DNA of 64,000 nt from positions 5,828,001 through 5,892,000 of the forward strand of contig NC_135258.1 in assembly GCF_964204865.1 (NCBI RefSeq), given 5' to 3'. Below, one piece after another: positions 49,084 through 62,354 of this stretch. The notes beneath the pieces were generated by a model. That model was not told where the DNA came from. It worked only from the letters and a program-made list of their open reading frames with translations, and did no database searches. The stretch comes from Styela clava (Eukaryota). A program made the position numbers and the translations under genes. Each line of letters opens with the position of its first letter. The stretch's first letter is position 1.

Positions 49084-49411
49084 ATAGATAGGATTTACAT
49101 ATTTATTCCAGGGGAGTGGGAAAGCCAATACGACGGTTTAACCATATGGCAAACAATGGCTTCTCGTACGGTTACCAACCCATGTCGGATATGGGATTAG
49201 TTATTTGTTTTCGGAAATATGGACTTGATGGTAGAGGAAGCCGTAACCGACCAGTGGTTAGGTGATCCACCCTACGGCGGCGAGGAGTCAAGCCACCCTT
49301 TCGCACATAACCATCCCGCATGGGATTCGAACCTCCGAACTCACGCAGAGTAATCAGAGGTGCGGTGGCGAGCGTATTCCTAACACTTAGCACGATGAGC
49401 CACACAGCCGC
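49084..49411 (-). mobile_element. tRNA-derived SINE
   Basis: Colinear with 38540-38879. Confidence 0.88.
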
Positions 49412-49495
49412 GCCAAAGAGGGAATAAGATATAAGACTAAGAGGGTAGTTCGTGTACTCAGCAAAGTAGTGTTTAGGCTTGCCTCAAGATACCAG

Positions 49496-49497
<2 letters not shown>

Positions 49498-49534
<37 letters not shown>
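49498..49534. repeat. (AT)n microsatellite
   Basis: Perfect dinucleotide run. Confidence 0.95.
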
Positions 49535-49536
<2 letters not shown>

Positions 49537-49706
49537 CTTTTTACCATCAATATCGTAGAACATTTCTGCCTTGAGCATGACAGTGGCGATAGTTGTAAAT
49601 AAAAAATGGAATAAAAAATGGAATAATTCGCCATCGAGTATCAGACATCCTTAGGCATTCCAGAATCAAATAAAACGAATATCCCTAGTTGGAACAGATT
49701 CGAATT

Positions 49707-50040
49707 GCGGCGGTGTGGCTCATCGTGCTAAGCGTTAGAAATACGCTCGCCACCGCAGTCCTTATTACTCTGCGTGGGTTCGCAGGTTTGAATCCCATGC
49801 AAGGATTGGTATATGCGAGAGGATTACTGAACTCCTCGCCGCCGTAGGATGGTTCACGTAACCGTTCGTCGGTTACGGCTTCCTCCGACATCAAGCTCAT
49901 GCTTCCGAAAACAAAATAACCAACTAATCGCATATCCGACATGGAATGATAACCGGTCAAGAGGCCGTGGTTCGTCCTATGGTTAAGCCGTCTTATCGAC
50001 TTTTCTCTCCCCCCGGAATTAATATGTAAATCCTATCCTA
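49707..50040 (+). mobile_element. tRNA-derived SINE
   Basis: gtgtggctcatcgtgctaag...ggtttgaatccc...tcctatccta. Confidence 0.88.
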
Positions 50041-50702
50041 AAACAACATCTCTACACCACTAGGCTTTGCTGCGGAGCACAAAACATCACCATCATGCAC
50101 TTTCAATCGAGCAATGTTTCGTCACTGTATAACAAATCCCTGTAGAATTGTTTATGGCAACAGGCCGAACACCAGACTTTTCTATTTGATCTTTTATAAG
50201 CGTTTCGTTGAATGACTGCAGAGAGATGTCGAATGTCGAGACAAGTTATACGCTTTATGTATACATTTAAATATGCAACTTCTAAATATCTTTTTGATAT
50301 TACTTTTTATGAAATGCCGACTAAACTTAGCAGTAACAGGCTGTGGAGATCAGGTTGTAGTCACAACATTAGGATTATTTTTTTAGCCGCCTATTCGCAT
50401 TAGCCACCACGTAAATTCAGACATCTTATTGGTTTGTATGCGGCTGTAAATTAGAGAAAAGGCCGCTAAAAAGTTTAGTGATAGTGGGCTAGGGCAGCGT
50501 TTCCAAAACTCAATGTTCATAAGTAGTAGGCCTTTGACAGTTCATAGGTCTCTAGTGCACCCTCAAATCGCCTTGTATGCTGTAATTGGACGAAATAAGT
50601 CATGTGAACTGCCAGTAGTTACTCTAGTTGTAGTTAAGCTACTACTGTACCTTGAAAATTTGACTTTCAAAAGAGTTGCAAAACTAAGGTCAGTGCTAAA
50701 AC

Positions 50703-50920
50703 GGGCGCCCCCGTAGTATGTGCAACAAGATGTCGGACACCTGAACATACTATGTTAGGGTTAGGCCATAATTTTATTCCAATTTTCCTTATTTTAGTTC
50801 TATTACGAGTTCGGGGACTAGCCAAGTGACTGCCGTAGTATTTGTACCTGAAATTATGGCCTAACACTAACTCATACACCTACTACGTTCTGTTGTCCGC
50901 CATCTTGTTGCACATACTAC
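50703..50920. mobile_element. MITE family A copy
   Basis: gtagtatgtgcaacaagat / atcttgttgcacatactac inverted arms; core close to 860-1000. Confidence 0.8.
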
Positions 50921-50996
50921 ATACTTGTCATCGGATAAATGCACGATTTCTGATGAATCAGGAGATGCCAAACGTCGAAGGTTCGCGGGTTATAGA

Positions 50997-51149
50997 CAGT
51001 GGTGGGATTCAGCCGGTTCGCACCGGTTTCATAGAACCGCCTCACGTAATTTTATGAGATCAGCGAACCGGTTAGCATTACTGGTTACTGCTGAAAAATA
51101 TAACTTTTGTGGAGGAACCGGCTGACAAAAAATTTGTATCCCACTACTG
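50997..51149. mobile_element. hAT MITE
   Basis: cagtggtgggat/atcccactactg TIR; perfect TSD gttataga. Confidence 0.9.
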
Positions 51150-53563
51150 GTTATAGAATATAGACCATATGAAATTCCCAGTTAGTTAGAGTTTAAGAAA
51201 CAACAAATGAAGATATAAGGGCAGCGATCAGGTTACCGTGCTCTGTGACAACAAAATGAGTCTTTTGTACAAAGCCCCTGCCGTTATGCAAAAATGTGAG
51301 ATTTGAGAAAACATCTCCGCCACGTTTTAAAATTAAAAATTAGCAATTATCAAGTAGGGGTTTTGGTTACGAATGATTTAAAAATTTGAACTACCAGCGC
51401 AATCTGCATTTTTAATCTCGACTGGATAATTTCATTATTTTAAGAGTTGGCGGGGGTGTTTTTTGGGCGGGGCTTTGTACAAAAGTTGTCAGTAAGCGTG
51501 TTGTTACAAATTGAAGAGTTGATATTTTGCCTCATAGAAGCGTCATAGAAGTTTGAGTTTATCAGACAACTAAAAAGATGGAATTTAACAAACGATTCAT
51601 GCTCAACAAGGTGGAAACACCGTGTGAAATAACCATATCAAGCAATGGAACTAGGTAGAACAGGGAAATATAAAGTCATTTTTGCGCCTAGCCTTTTTGG
51701 CCCCCCTTCAACTGCTCTGTGGCCCCCTTAGTGGGCCATGGGCCCTCGGGTGGAACCGCTGTATTAAACTTTCCGTCTTTGGATAGTTCTTTATTTAAAT
51801 AGCATGGCTGGCACGATACCCAACGCTTGAATGAAAGAAGGTTTATTTCGAGTATGGAAAGCGTAAAAAGAAAATCCAAATGAAAAATTGCACAGCTATC
51901 AATAGATCCGGTGCACAACGGAAATAGAAAAGCAATTGATTTTTTTTTTCATAGAGCGCCCTGATATATATAAATCAATCAATTCATTTGCTGCAATTTC
52001 GCGAGCTGCGGAACCGAGTTTAGCGATTGTGAGTGATTTTGAGTATGGGTGTCAGCACTCGAAATGCCAGAATTTGCTGCAATGTTTCATCTGTTAAATC
52101 TATGTTGCGAAGGTATTAATTAAATTTTGGGCAAACAACCGTTTGGAATAAACGCACAAGTATGCAAAAGGGCTTTCCGATCACGTTTGCCAATTGGAAC
52201 CTCTTATTTTTGCAAAGCTGGGTCACGTTTATATCAAGTTTAACACCACGCTTTGAAAATATGTGTCCAGACAGCAGAACAGACATAATGTTGTTTTGCT
52301 GCCATTGTCTATATTCTTTACGTCTACATGTTTGAAACATTTAAAAAGCACACGTTTATATCAAGTTTAACACCACGCTTTGAAAAGATGTGTCCAGACA
52401 GCAGCCGCACATCTCTAAATATAAATCAATAAGTATACAGTTATGACATCATGTTGTTTTGCTGCCAATGTCTATATTCTTTACGCCTACATGTTTGAAA
52501 CATTTAAAAAGCATGAAATACACATTAATGTTCACAAAATTGAGTTCAATGTAGGCCTGGGCAAGTTGCAGCCAGCGGGCCGCATCCGACCAGTGGCAAC
52601 GTTTCATCCGGCCCGCGAGCAGACTTCTAGATTTAAACACTTCCGTTTTTTTACCTCTAAACTGTACTTTAGTTTTTTTATTGTAATGAAAAACCAGTGT
52701 TTTAGTAGCGATGTTTTATAGACCATAGTACCAGCTGGTAAATGCAGTCAATTTTGCAAAAATGACCAGCGCTTGTTTTTGCAGGTGATCGATCACTTAT
52801 TATATTAATAGAGTAATAAAAGCCTGAATTTTGCTCGTATTTTTGATGAGTCAGGAGTCGTGCGCTAACACAGCCAGTATTTTGAATATTATTGTAATTA
52901 CATCTGTCGTTGAACCTGACAAACGCGCAATGAAGATTGATTTGACTTAGTCCGGCCCGCCACTGCATTTTGAATTAGCTCCATACCAAAAATAATTGCC
53001 CAGCCCTGATTTGGAGGCAGCATTTTTTTTTTGTGTAAATGCGTTTTTACCTTGATAATTTGGCGCGCACGAACAAAAAGTTTGTGAACTGCTGCTACAG
53101 AATAGAATAATAGACCATACAATAAACTTTCATTTCATGCTACAGTGGCGGATTCAAATCAGTTCATTTATTCCACGAATTAAAATCGCGAAATCACTTT
53201 TTGAATGTGCTCTACGTATCATCGATTCGAATGCAAAAATCGAGGCGCAATTGTAATATACTGCAAAGTCATGGAAATTTGAGTTTATCAAACAGTTGAA
53301 AATATAGAATTTATCATCGCGGTGTTTCTACAGGGTGATCAGACCAACCGTAGACACATGTTTATTGAAATATCTGCAATATAAATGTAAAAGAGAAAAA
53401 AAAATATTTCACTGGAAATAGCTGTATAAAGATAAATAATAGAATTCATTGTTATTTTTCGATATAACAACTTGTCGGGACGAAATTTTAAAAGAAACCA
53501 TACGTGCATCAAGTTCCAATCAGATCGAGGCGTGTAGTGAAGGCCTGTTTAAAGAATAAGAGG

Positions 53564-54216
53564 CGCATTGTGGTAAGCGTTAGAAATACGCTTGCCACGC
53601 ACCTATGATTACCCTGTGTGGATTCGCAGTTTCGAATCCTGAAGGGCTTGGGTGTGCAGCCTGTAATACAGGAGGGCAAGATGCAAGCAAACTGGGTGAA
53701 ATTGAAGGCTTTTGTTTAACATAGACTTTCTAGTAGTTGCAGGCACAAAAAAAATTGATTATTGATCTTATGACATGCGTTGTTCGCTTCTCACAAGCTA
53801 ACTGTTAGGGCATTGTAACGTCATAGGCATAGATAATAATTTGAACTCAGGCATAGGCTTTGCAAGGCAAATGGATTGGAATTACTCGCACGTACCAGAT
53901 TAAACTAAATCAAAAACTCGTTTCGCAATTTCCCCTGTGGGGCGCATTCGGCCCGCGGGCCACAGGTTGCACACCCTTACCGCAGGGGATAATTATTTGT
54001 GAGAGGATTGCTGGACTCCTCACCGCGGTAGGGTGGTTCACGTAACCACTGGTCGGTTACGGCTTTTTCTACAATCAAGCCCATGCATCTGAATGCAAAT
54101 AATTGCCTAACTAATCCCATACACGACATGAACTGGTAAACGAACGAGAGGTCGTGGTTCGCCATATGATTAAACCGTCTTATCGGTTTTTCTATCCCCG
54201 GAATAAATATGTAAAT
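53564..54216 (+). mobile_element. tRNA-SINE split by a nested hAT MITE (~53648-53978)
   Basis: SINE head ends after ttcgaatcc and resumes at ~53984; insert has gggtgtgca/tgcacaccc ends, same family as ~45100-45251 and ~57977-58120. Confidence 0.75.
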
Positions 54217-54731
54217 TCATGCCTTTTCTAAGAAGGCGAAAAAACATTATTGGAATGCGTGTTTCTCGACATTTACTGGACAAATGATTGATCCAATGGC
54301 TACAAAGGACATTAAGGTCAGGAGTTCAGACGTGTCTCAACATAGTGGAGTATAAATTTCTCGTAGTTGTGATTCGATCCCCTATTAATAACAAAAATTC
54401 AGTTCAAAAGCCAGGTTCTTTAATACAAAATCTTTAGCATTAAAGAAATGTATTTCAGTTTAACCTATAAATATCGCAGCGGACCTTCATTATTAATCCA
54501 TACGTCTTTTGAGAGTTTTCTATTGCAGTGGTTCCAAACCTTTCTACCATGGCGGACCGGTACTGTTAAATAAAATATACTCACGGGCCGGCAAAAAATT
54601 GAAATAACTGGAACAGAAAATAATAAGACATATTTGCGTAATTTAATGCAATGTCAGTCCCTCAATATGATTTTAGATAAAAAAAAGCACATTTAAAAAC
54701 ATTTTAGGTTGGCTCATTACCGGGTACACGA

Positions 54732-55945
54732 TAGAGATGTACCGATACCACTTTTGTCGCCGATACCGATCCGATACCACCTAAAACGCCGATACCGATA
54801 CTACTAAAATTCCGATACCGATACTATATAATTATTACTTAATTAAGTGTGCTGTGTAGGGCAGAAGGGTTAAAACAATGGTCTTTGAGCGTTGTTCATA
54901 GTACACATTATTTCAGATCGAAAAAAGGGATATATCACATAATATGAAATTGATCTTTGGTATCCAGACGCTGATTGAGATGCATTGTACAGTGACGCTA
55001 GTAATCTCGGTTCAATTAGAAAACTCATAAGCCGGGATGTCCAATTCGAAGTTAATGTTAATATCGCAACCTTCGAATATCGTTATTCGTGTTTAAAAGA
55101 ATATCGAATATTGCCCACACATTCTAACGCCGCCGTCCTACGTTCAAATTAAAAGAGTTTACAAATATTTTATTTTGTGGTTGATCATAATCGTCGCCAC
55201 AATAAATCAAAGCCAACATGAAAGAATATCAATCAGCACCGACAAAAAGAAGGCCTACCTATAACTGTCGAGCATGTTTTTTTACTTCACTATTTTATAA
55301 TATTTTACAATCGCTATCATATATTTTGAGACAGTCTAGGGCTCTAGTCAGTCATGTCAATATATCTATAAAGAAATTGTGTAGTTAAAACAAAATCGAA
55401 ATTAATACCTGCGTAGAGGAATAGTTGTGTCGGAATTTAGTTTATCGATGTCGACGGACTAAATGACACTCGTACTTGACGACTAACAGTCAGAATTTAT
55501 AGCCGTGCCCAAAGAGCACGTGGCGTTAACAAGAACTCCAATTCCACTGTATATGATTTAAAACTGGGCGCCTCGTTGCTTTTTGTTATGTGATGTGTTG
55601 ATATATTTTTTCATAATTACTATGTAATATTAAGAATGTCAATATAAAAATGTGACAGCGAAAACAGCCAAATTAGTTGAGCTACTTTGGCTGATAAATA
55701 TCTAAAAACAGGTGAATCATATTCCCTCGCGGGGATGGGGACATGTATGGCTCATAGCTCACGATCTCTTTGGACAAAAAATAAATTTAAAAGTAGTATT
55801 TAAACTTATCTTTTAAAACATTCTGGACCATATCAAAAAAGTTAATATATCGGAAATATCGGCCTTAATTCAACCGATACCGATACATGGCCGACACCGA
55901 AAAAATGGCCGATATTGCCGATCCCGATACATCAGTACATCTCTA
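54732..55945. mobile_element. hAT non-autonomous element with ccgata subterminal repeats
   Basis: tagagatgtac/gtacatctcta TIR; TSD gtacacga/gtacacat. Confidence 0.8.
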
Positions 55946-56994
55946 GTACACATACCATGTTCAGGTTGTGCGCCATCTTGGTACACATACTTCGGATGCT
56001 CCACACAATAACATGAAAATAATTCAGTACAATTTGGAGTGAGACAAATATAGTGTAAAAATGTATAACTACTTGCACGTAGACAAAGGCTATCATACAA
56101 GCAGAAGAAAAATATATTTTTTTTCATTTCAATCAGAGAAATTGGATTCAATTGGATTGATGAATGAGAACGAGGATGTCAAGCTAACAGCAAATAATGA
56201 TTAAATAGCTTGCATCAAGGCTTGAACAGTCATCAATATTCCTGTTTATGTACCCTAGTAGTTTCAAGTATTGAAATAGCATAGGCTGGTGCGGTTCCCG
56301 TCTGTCAACAAAAATTGAACGCTTATAAATGAAGGTTTGTTTCGCTCAGTACACGAAAATATATCATAATGTATTATAAAACGTGATTATGATTAATAAA
56401 AGCGTACATTGACGGGAAAAACCTAAAAATTGCAAACACACAACGCCTTCCCTCATCTGGTGCATGATTAACTGGCTCTGTTTTTTCATCATTTAATTTA
56501 TAATCAATTAATTGTCGCGAAAGAATAAAAGATTCCACGAAATGATTTATTTTTATGATACAGCGTACAGGCGGCTTCAATTATGTTTCATTTATTTGAT
56601 AAATTAATATCGCGAATTCACTTCATGACAAACATCGATTAACGCTCAGAATGCTATGGCGTAATCTATTAATTCAGCATATCTGACAATAGAGATAGAC
56701 ACTATTTGCTGCAATTTCGTGAGCTGCAGTTTATTTATATGCTGAACCGAGCTGAGCGAACATGAATAATTTTTCAACTTCAAAGAAAAATCCGGGAAAG
56801 ATAAGAAAGAAGAGTTGACATTTTGCCTTCATTCCCTAGGCGCGTGTTTACAAACTTGAAAGGCATTAAGTACACAGTAACGTTCACAAAATTGAGTTTT
56901 ATTTAAAAGCAGCATTTTTTTCGGGTAACTGCGCCGTGAGTATTTTCCCTGATAATTTGGCGCCGCAGGAACAAAAAGTTTGGGAACCGCTGTA

Positions 56995-57197
56995 CTGTGG
57001 CGTATCTACGTAAAGTGGCGCCCATGACAAAATTTGAATATGCGCCCCCTCTGATTGTTGACGGGCAATTTTTAAGAACTATCGTTGAATTGAGATACTT
57101 TTACGTTATTATTTAGGAAAAATAAGAGTTTCAATTATTTCCAATTTGTAATTAATGGCGCGAGCCATATAGCTGCCACGCCCTAGATACGCCACTG
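56995..57197. mobile_element. hAT MITE inserted in the end of another hAT element
   Basis: gtggcgtatcta/tagatacgccac TIR; perfect TSD ccgctgta. Confidence 0.88.
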
Positions 57198-57670
57198 CCG
57201 CTGTACTACAGTATTCTGGGCAGCTTCAGTTCAGATCAATTTATTTCACAAATTAAAATCGCGAATTAACTTTTTGAATGTCCTATACGTATCATCAATT
57301 TAAATGCAAAAATCGAGGCGTAATCTTTTTAATTTAGCATAGTTTATATTTATGTCTTAGCGCGGCAATGTTCGCTTACAAATATTCTTTCCGTACTGTT
57401 TCCACATTCAGTTGAAAGTTCGAGACGTTTTGAGCGAACTTTAGTATTAAAACGTTCTTTAAAATCTAGATGAGGCGGTAAGCAGTTATTATTGACAGTT
57501 TTTACTTTTCATTTGGTGCTCCCGAACTATTCTTACCAAGATGGCGCACAACCTGAACATAGTATGTGTACCAGGCTAGGGTTGTTCAGGTTGTGTGTCA
57601 TCTTGGAACGAATACTTTCGGAGCGCCTTTCGTTTAGCCTGTTCCATTGAAATATATAGATTATTTTACC

Positions 57671-57874
57671 ATGAAACTGTCCGAATTGACGGTGACTGCG
57701 GAAGATGCCACAGACGTGGGAAAGAAATGCTTGCTAACATTTGCAGCAATCGGAGCGGCTTACTACCTCTGGTATCGAAACAAATGCAGTCAGCTTCGAT
57801 TGAAAGCCATTGATAAAAAAAGAGCCGAACAAGAATATATCAAACAGAAGTTGAACACTCTACAAAGAGAGCTA
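57671..57874 (+). CDS. FAAH: Fatty-acid amide hydrolase-like amidase, exon 1 (transmembrane anchor)
   Basis: ATG 57671, hydrophobic LLTFAAIGAAYYLWY, probable donor CTA|gtgggt (phase 0). Confidence 0.7.
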
Positions 57875-58556
57875 GTGGGTGTTAATGTTTCGTTCGAAAT
57901 TTTACCATCAGATCTTCCACTTTCACAACAAATCTTTGAGCAAGAAGCTATTATTACTTGCGTAGTCACTATACGCCAGGGGTGTGCAACCTGCGGGCCA
58001 AATGCGGCCTACGGGGAAAACTTGTGCGGCCCGCGGAGAAGGGCCAATTTCGAATGGTGTGCGGACCGCGAAACGAGTTTTTAATTTAATCGAGTATGTG
58101 CGAGTAATTCCCATACAATAATGATTGTAAATTATTTTCAATCAAAAACATCCTCGACGTGTTATAAGTACTTCAAGTCGGTGCTGCTTTAAATCCTATC
58201 ATGTCGGCAATAATTAATTGCCACAATGAGCTGTCTTCGATTACGATAATGAATAAAACATAAAATTTACTAATGTTTGTGTGCACGACATTCGATATTA
58301 TATAAACAATAAAAACGATATTCGAAGGTAGCGATATTCGAATATTAAATTCAAATCGAATATTCCTGGCTGTAGTAGGTGCGTACTAGTTTTATGATTT
58401 GTATGGTCGGCGCATATGCGAATTTTCATAAATTCACCGTTTTTTAGGGGATGTTATATATATGCAAGATTGGCTAATATGTGAGGATATACGGTATATC
58501 TATTTCTGCATAACTATCAATAGTTCCTGATCAGCAAAAACTCTTTGTCATTTCAG

Positions 58557-58667
58557 AACGAAGAACAAGTAGAAGAAATCTTGAAACTGAACGGACCGGA
58601 ATTATTGGAAAAATTACAAAGCAGAGAAATAGAACCGACAGATGCTCTGAATGCTTATATCTACAAG
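58557..58667 (+). CDS. FAAH: FAAH-like exon 2
   Basis: NEEQVEEILKLNGPELLEKLQSREIEPTDALNAYIYK resembles the LVQKLHSREL.PE.VL segment of FAAH; ag/gt boundaries. Confidence 0.85.
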
Positions 58668-59545
58668 GTATCGCATTTTTAAAATCAATCAAACCGTTTA
58701 TGACGTCACATGTAGTTTTGCTCCGGAGATGAACAAAGCTTCCGCCCAAGTAAACTCGCTTTAAAACATACACTTAGTCGCGCGATAGTCACCAATGTTT
58801 CAACTTTCAATAAGGAAAATTCCATCAAATGGTGAACTATGGTATCTTATCCGGCCAGGTGCTAGCAGTATGTTCTCCGCATTTTAGGGAGAGTGTTCAC
58901 CGCGCATTTTCATCCATCAAATCTGGTGAACGGATTATTGATAGCAAGTCAGGAAATAGCAAAATGGTGTTGAACAAAGGCGCATGAATTTATGTCTCAT
59001 AGCAAAATTGCATGACTACGCCTATGGATAGAGCGAAATAACCGACCAGAGCTGAGGAACTAACAGCGGCATTATAAGCAACCAATCTGTTACACATAAT
59101 AATAGTACCCCACGGGTATCAACAGTGCGATATCTAGAGTATTTCTGTTACTTGGCATCGTTAGAAATCTTGTGTACATAACAATTCCCCATGAGATTCC
59201 AATCCACGCATCAGCGTTGCGATATCTATATTATAGTTAATGCATGGCTTACTGTTGAGTACGGATTAAACCTTAATTTGACACATAGAGAAATTTTATT
59301 GGCAGTAGGCAAAACCAAGATATAAATTGTGTTTTATTATGTGCCATATTTTTCATATACAAAGGTTAATTTCGTGATGAAAGGCCTCAATTTTGTCAAT
59401 TTTTATATATGATGAAAATATTCTGTGAAAAAGCTAACATGAGGTTCAAAAAATCTATATTATGTCCATGGCTTGGCACGGGCGATCCATAACACATATA
59501 TATTGCTGGCATTTCCACATTTTTACTACATGCATTTCAATACAG

Positions 59546-59692
59546 GCTTGCAAAGTGACGGGAGATATTAACTGCATAACAGAAGTGCTTAAAGACTGCG
59601 AGGAAGTCGCTCGAGAAGTTTCAACAAAAAATCCGAAGGATCTGCCTTTGTACGGGATTCCAGTCAGTTTGAAAGAATGTATGAAAACCAAG
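59546..59692 (+). CDS. FAAH: FAAH-like exon 3
   Basis: NCITE...PLYGIPVSLKEC contains the catalytic Lys of the amidase signature family. Confidence 0.9.
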
Positions 59693-59789
59693 GTTTGTGA
59701 TTGAGATATGACTGCACAGGGGGTCCGCAACGATATGAAAGAGTCTGACCGATCTTCAATGATTAATTTCAATCAAAAAACATTACATC

Positions 59790-60024
59790 TTTTTGGTTGA
59801 GCGTTGCGAACGAATATTCATTTCTGTCAGAAAAGGCAATTAAAATTTTATTGCCTTTTGCAACGACCTACATGTTTGAGGAACTATCTTCAGTTCTTAC
59901 TAATATGATGACAAATTACAGGCCGAGACTTGCAGTAGAGTCGAATCTACGAGTTTGGTTGCCACAAATTGCTTCGAGAATCGATGAATTGGACGGTTAA
60001 ACACAACCTGATCCATCACATTAA
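59790..60024 (+). pseudogene. hAT (Charlie/Buster-type) transposase C-terminal relic in FAAH intron 3
   Basis: WLSVANEYSFLSEKAIKILLPFATTY...TNYRPRLAVESNLRV...I.SRI...*TQPDPSH* resembles the hAT dimerisation-domain end; internal stop. Confidence 0.8.
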
Positions 60025-60516
60025 TGTCGTTTACTAAGATTTCGATTGCGTTTCAAATGTCGTCTCAATATTTCCACTCTTCATACTTGGTGTGGATATA
60101 TATAGTAAAATGAAGGATGAACGGTTTAAAAGATATAAAAGTTCAATAAAATTATCACGGAATATATCAGTTATAAACACCACGATCCATGATAAAAATA
60201 ACACAAGTTAAAGTTCGATACTGGTTCGAAAATCATCAGCAAACAAAAAATATAATATTTTTGAGAAATCAACACTTCCAGTTGTTGCGTGTGCGAAGCC
60301 TCGTTCAGCGCGGGGCTAGTCACTTCACATAAACTACGATTGGATGAACTGGATGTCAGACAAAAACATCAATGTTTCTCGGTGTCCAATTTTTTTTATA
60401 TAATGACGTCATACGAAGCTTTTACCCCGAACAAGACTGGATAAAAGCAGCCCTCGCTATCTAACAATATCTCAAAGAATCTTATCACAGACTTACTTCG
60501 CTGTCGTATTCTAAGG

Positions 60517-60833
60517 CAGGGCTACTCAACTGGCGGACCGCGGTCCAAATCCGGACCTTTCGAGTATTTGATTCGGACCGCACATCATTCTTTATTTTGG
60601 ATCATTAGCCTCACTTTTGAAGTTTTATTTTATAAAAATGACTTTTATAGCTTTGAATATATATGAAAAGAACCATAACACCATAATAAACAATCTTGAT
60701 TAGCTAATATCCATTAGCCGGTCAAGGAAGTGCGCCTTCAAGGATGCCGAAATCTAATTTCTGAAAACACCGGACCCAAATAATTTTGGAGTTTTGTATA
60801 CGAACCTTCGGTGAAAATAGTTGAGTAGCCCTG
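60517..60833. mobile_element. hAT MITE
   Basis: Perfect 15-bp TIR cagggctactcaact; TSD ttctaagg/atctaagg. Confidence 0.9.
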
Positions 60834-61185
60834 ATCTAAGGTTACAAAAGCGCGTTTTCCTTTATCCGTCAGTTTTTCAATAAAATGGTGTTGCAAAAGG
60901 CGTAACCATTTATGTCACGACGCAAATGCCGCAAAATTGCATTTGAAAAATTATTTTTTTCGGGCCCCCCGACTACGCTTATGTTCGGCATTGCCACCCC
61001 AATTAATTAAACCCTGGGTTTTATCTACGATGCCACGACAGCCGGGTTCAATGTTTTAACTTAATAAGCCACTGCGCCACCGAAAACTATAGCTAAAAAA
61101 GATCCATAGAGCTTTGTAACTCTTTAGTGAAAAGATCCTACACTTGTACGGCATTTGTTTTCATTTCTTTCTATGTATTACACAG

Positions 61186-61319
61186 GGAACTCCAAGCTGC
61201 GTAGGTCTGGCAATGTACCTCGATCAAATACCAACCGAGGATCTGGTTCTGGCAAAAGTATTGAAGCAATGTGGGGCGGTACCGTTTGTGAAAACGAATA
61301 CTGTGCAAATCATGCTCAG
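61186..61319 (+). CDS. FAAH: FAAH-like exon 4; gene continues beyond the window
   Basis: GTPSCVGL...D.VL.KVLKQCGAVPFVKTNTVQIML; donor CAG|gtaggt (phase 2). Confidence 0.88.
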
Positions 61320-62036
61320 GTAGGTTTAGTTTGTATAAAATTCACGCAAGATTACCATTCTGGCTTACCATTAAGACGTTGTAGCATAGGCCTTCATTTT
61401 AATTGCTTTTTTTGCGGCATTTGCAGTGAGGCATAAATTCCAAAAGTATATGTACCAATATGGAGGTAACTAACTTTGTTCGCCTACTTTACATCAAGTT
61501 GTGTAAAGGGACTGAAACCTATGGACAGGGGGTAGATTCACTTGGCTAATACAGACAGTCCCGAACTCGTAATAGAACTAAAATAGGGAAATTAGAACTA
61601 AAAAGAGGAAAATAAAATTATGGCCTAACCCTAACCTGGTAAACACACTGCGTGATAACCTAAATTCGTACGTCTTTTTTAATAACATTTTACTCTTTTT
61701 TTGAACGATTTACTGAGTACTCGACGTTACCTGGCTTGCTATCAATAATCCTTTGTTCCAATGAACCAACCGCGATAGATGGAAAGGCGCGCCCATATAG
61801 CTTGGATAACTTCGACAGCGAAATAAGTCAGGAGAGAGATTCTTTAGGATATTGTTAGACATCAGTGCCTGCTTTTATGTAGCCTTGTTCAAAACAAAAT
61901 GCACGAGTAAGTGTTGTGTTACGTCATAATACTAAATTTTGGTCTGATTACGGTTTTGCGTCAGTGGCCTAGTGATTAAAAGCAAGGTGGCTAGCCTTGT
62001 ATGTTGTATAATTCAGGTTGAGAATGCCTGGTACTA

Positions 62037-62354
62037 CCGTGTTTCCTTTAGGGTCCTATTTCAATTTTCTTTCGAAACATAACACTAGGGCTTATTTTGA
62101 TGGATGTCTTTTATTTTCATTCATCACAAACAAAATTACAAAGTAGTGAATCACGAAATTTTCAAATATACAAAATATGAATCGTGGCGTGATCTTCACG
62201 TTACCTCAGGTCATTGAACCTTTTTCTTCGTTCACACGTTTTAGATTATTCACCTAAAGTTTCTTGCTATCGAATAGGTCAATTAAAAGTTGCGCTATCA
62301 ACTTGGTCTTATTTTAATGGGAAGTATTATATTAAAATCATTTTCAAAACACGG
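62037..62354. mobile_element. Tc1/mariner (pogo-like) MITE with CCG...CGG termini
   Basis: TA|ccgtgttt ... aaacacgg|TA. Confidence 0.75.

Noticed and set aside
61155-61436. 93-aa ORF from the track
   Set aside because: Wrong frame; the FAAH exon 4 sequence lies in another frame at 61186-61319.
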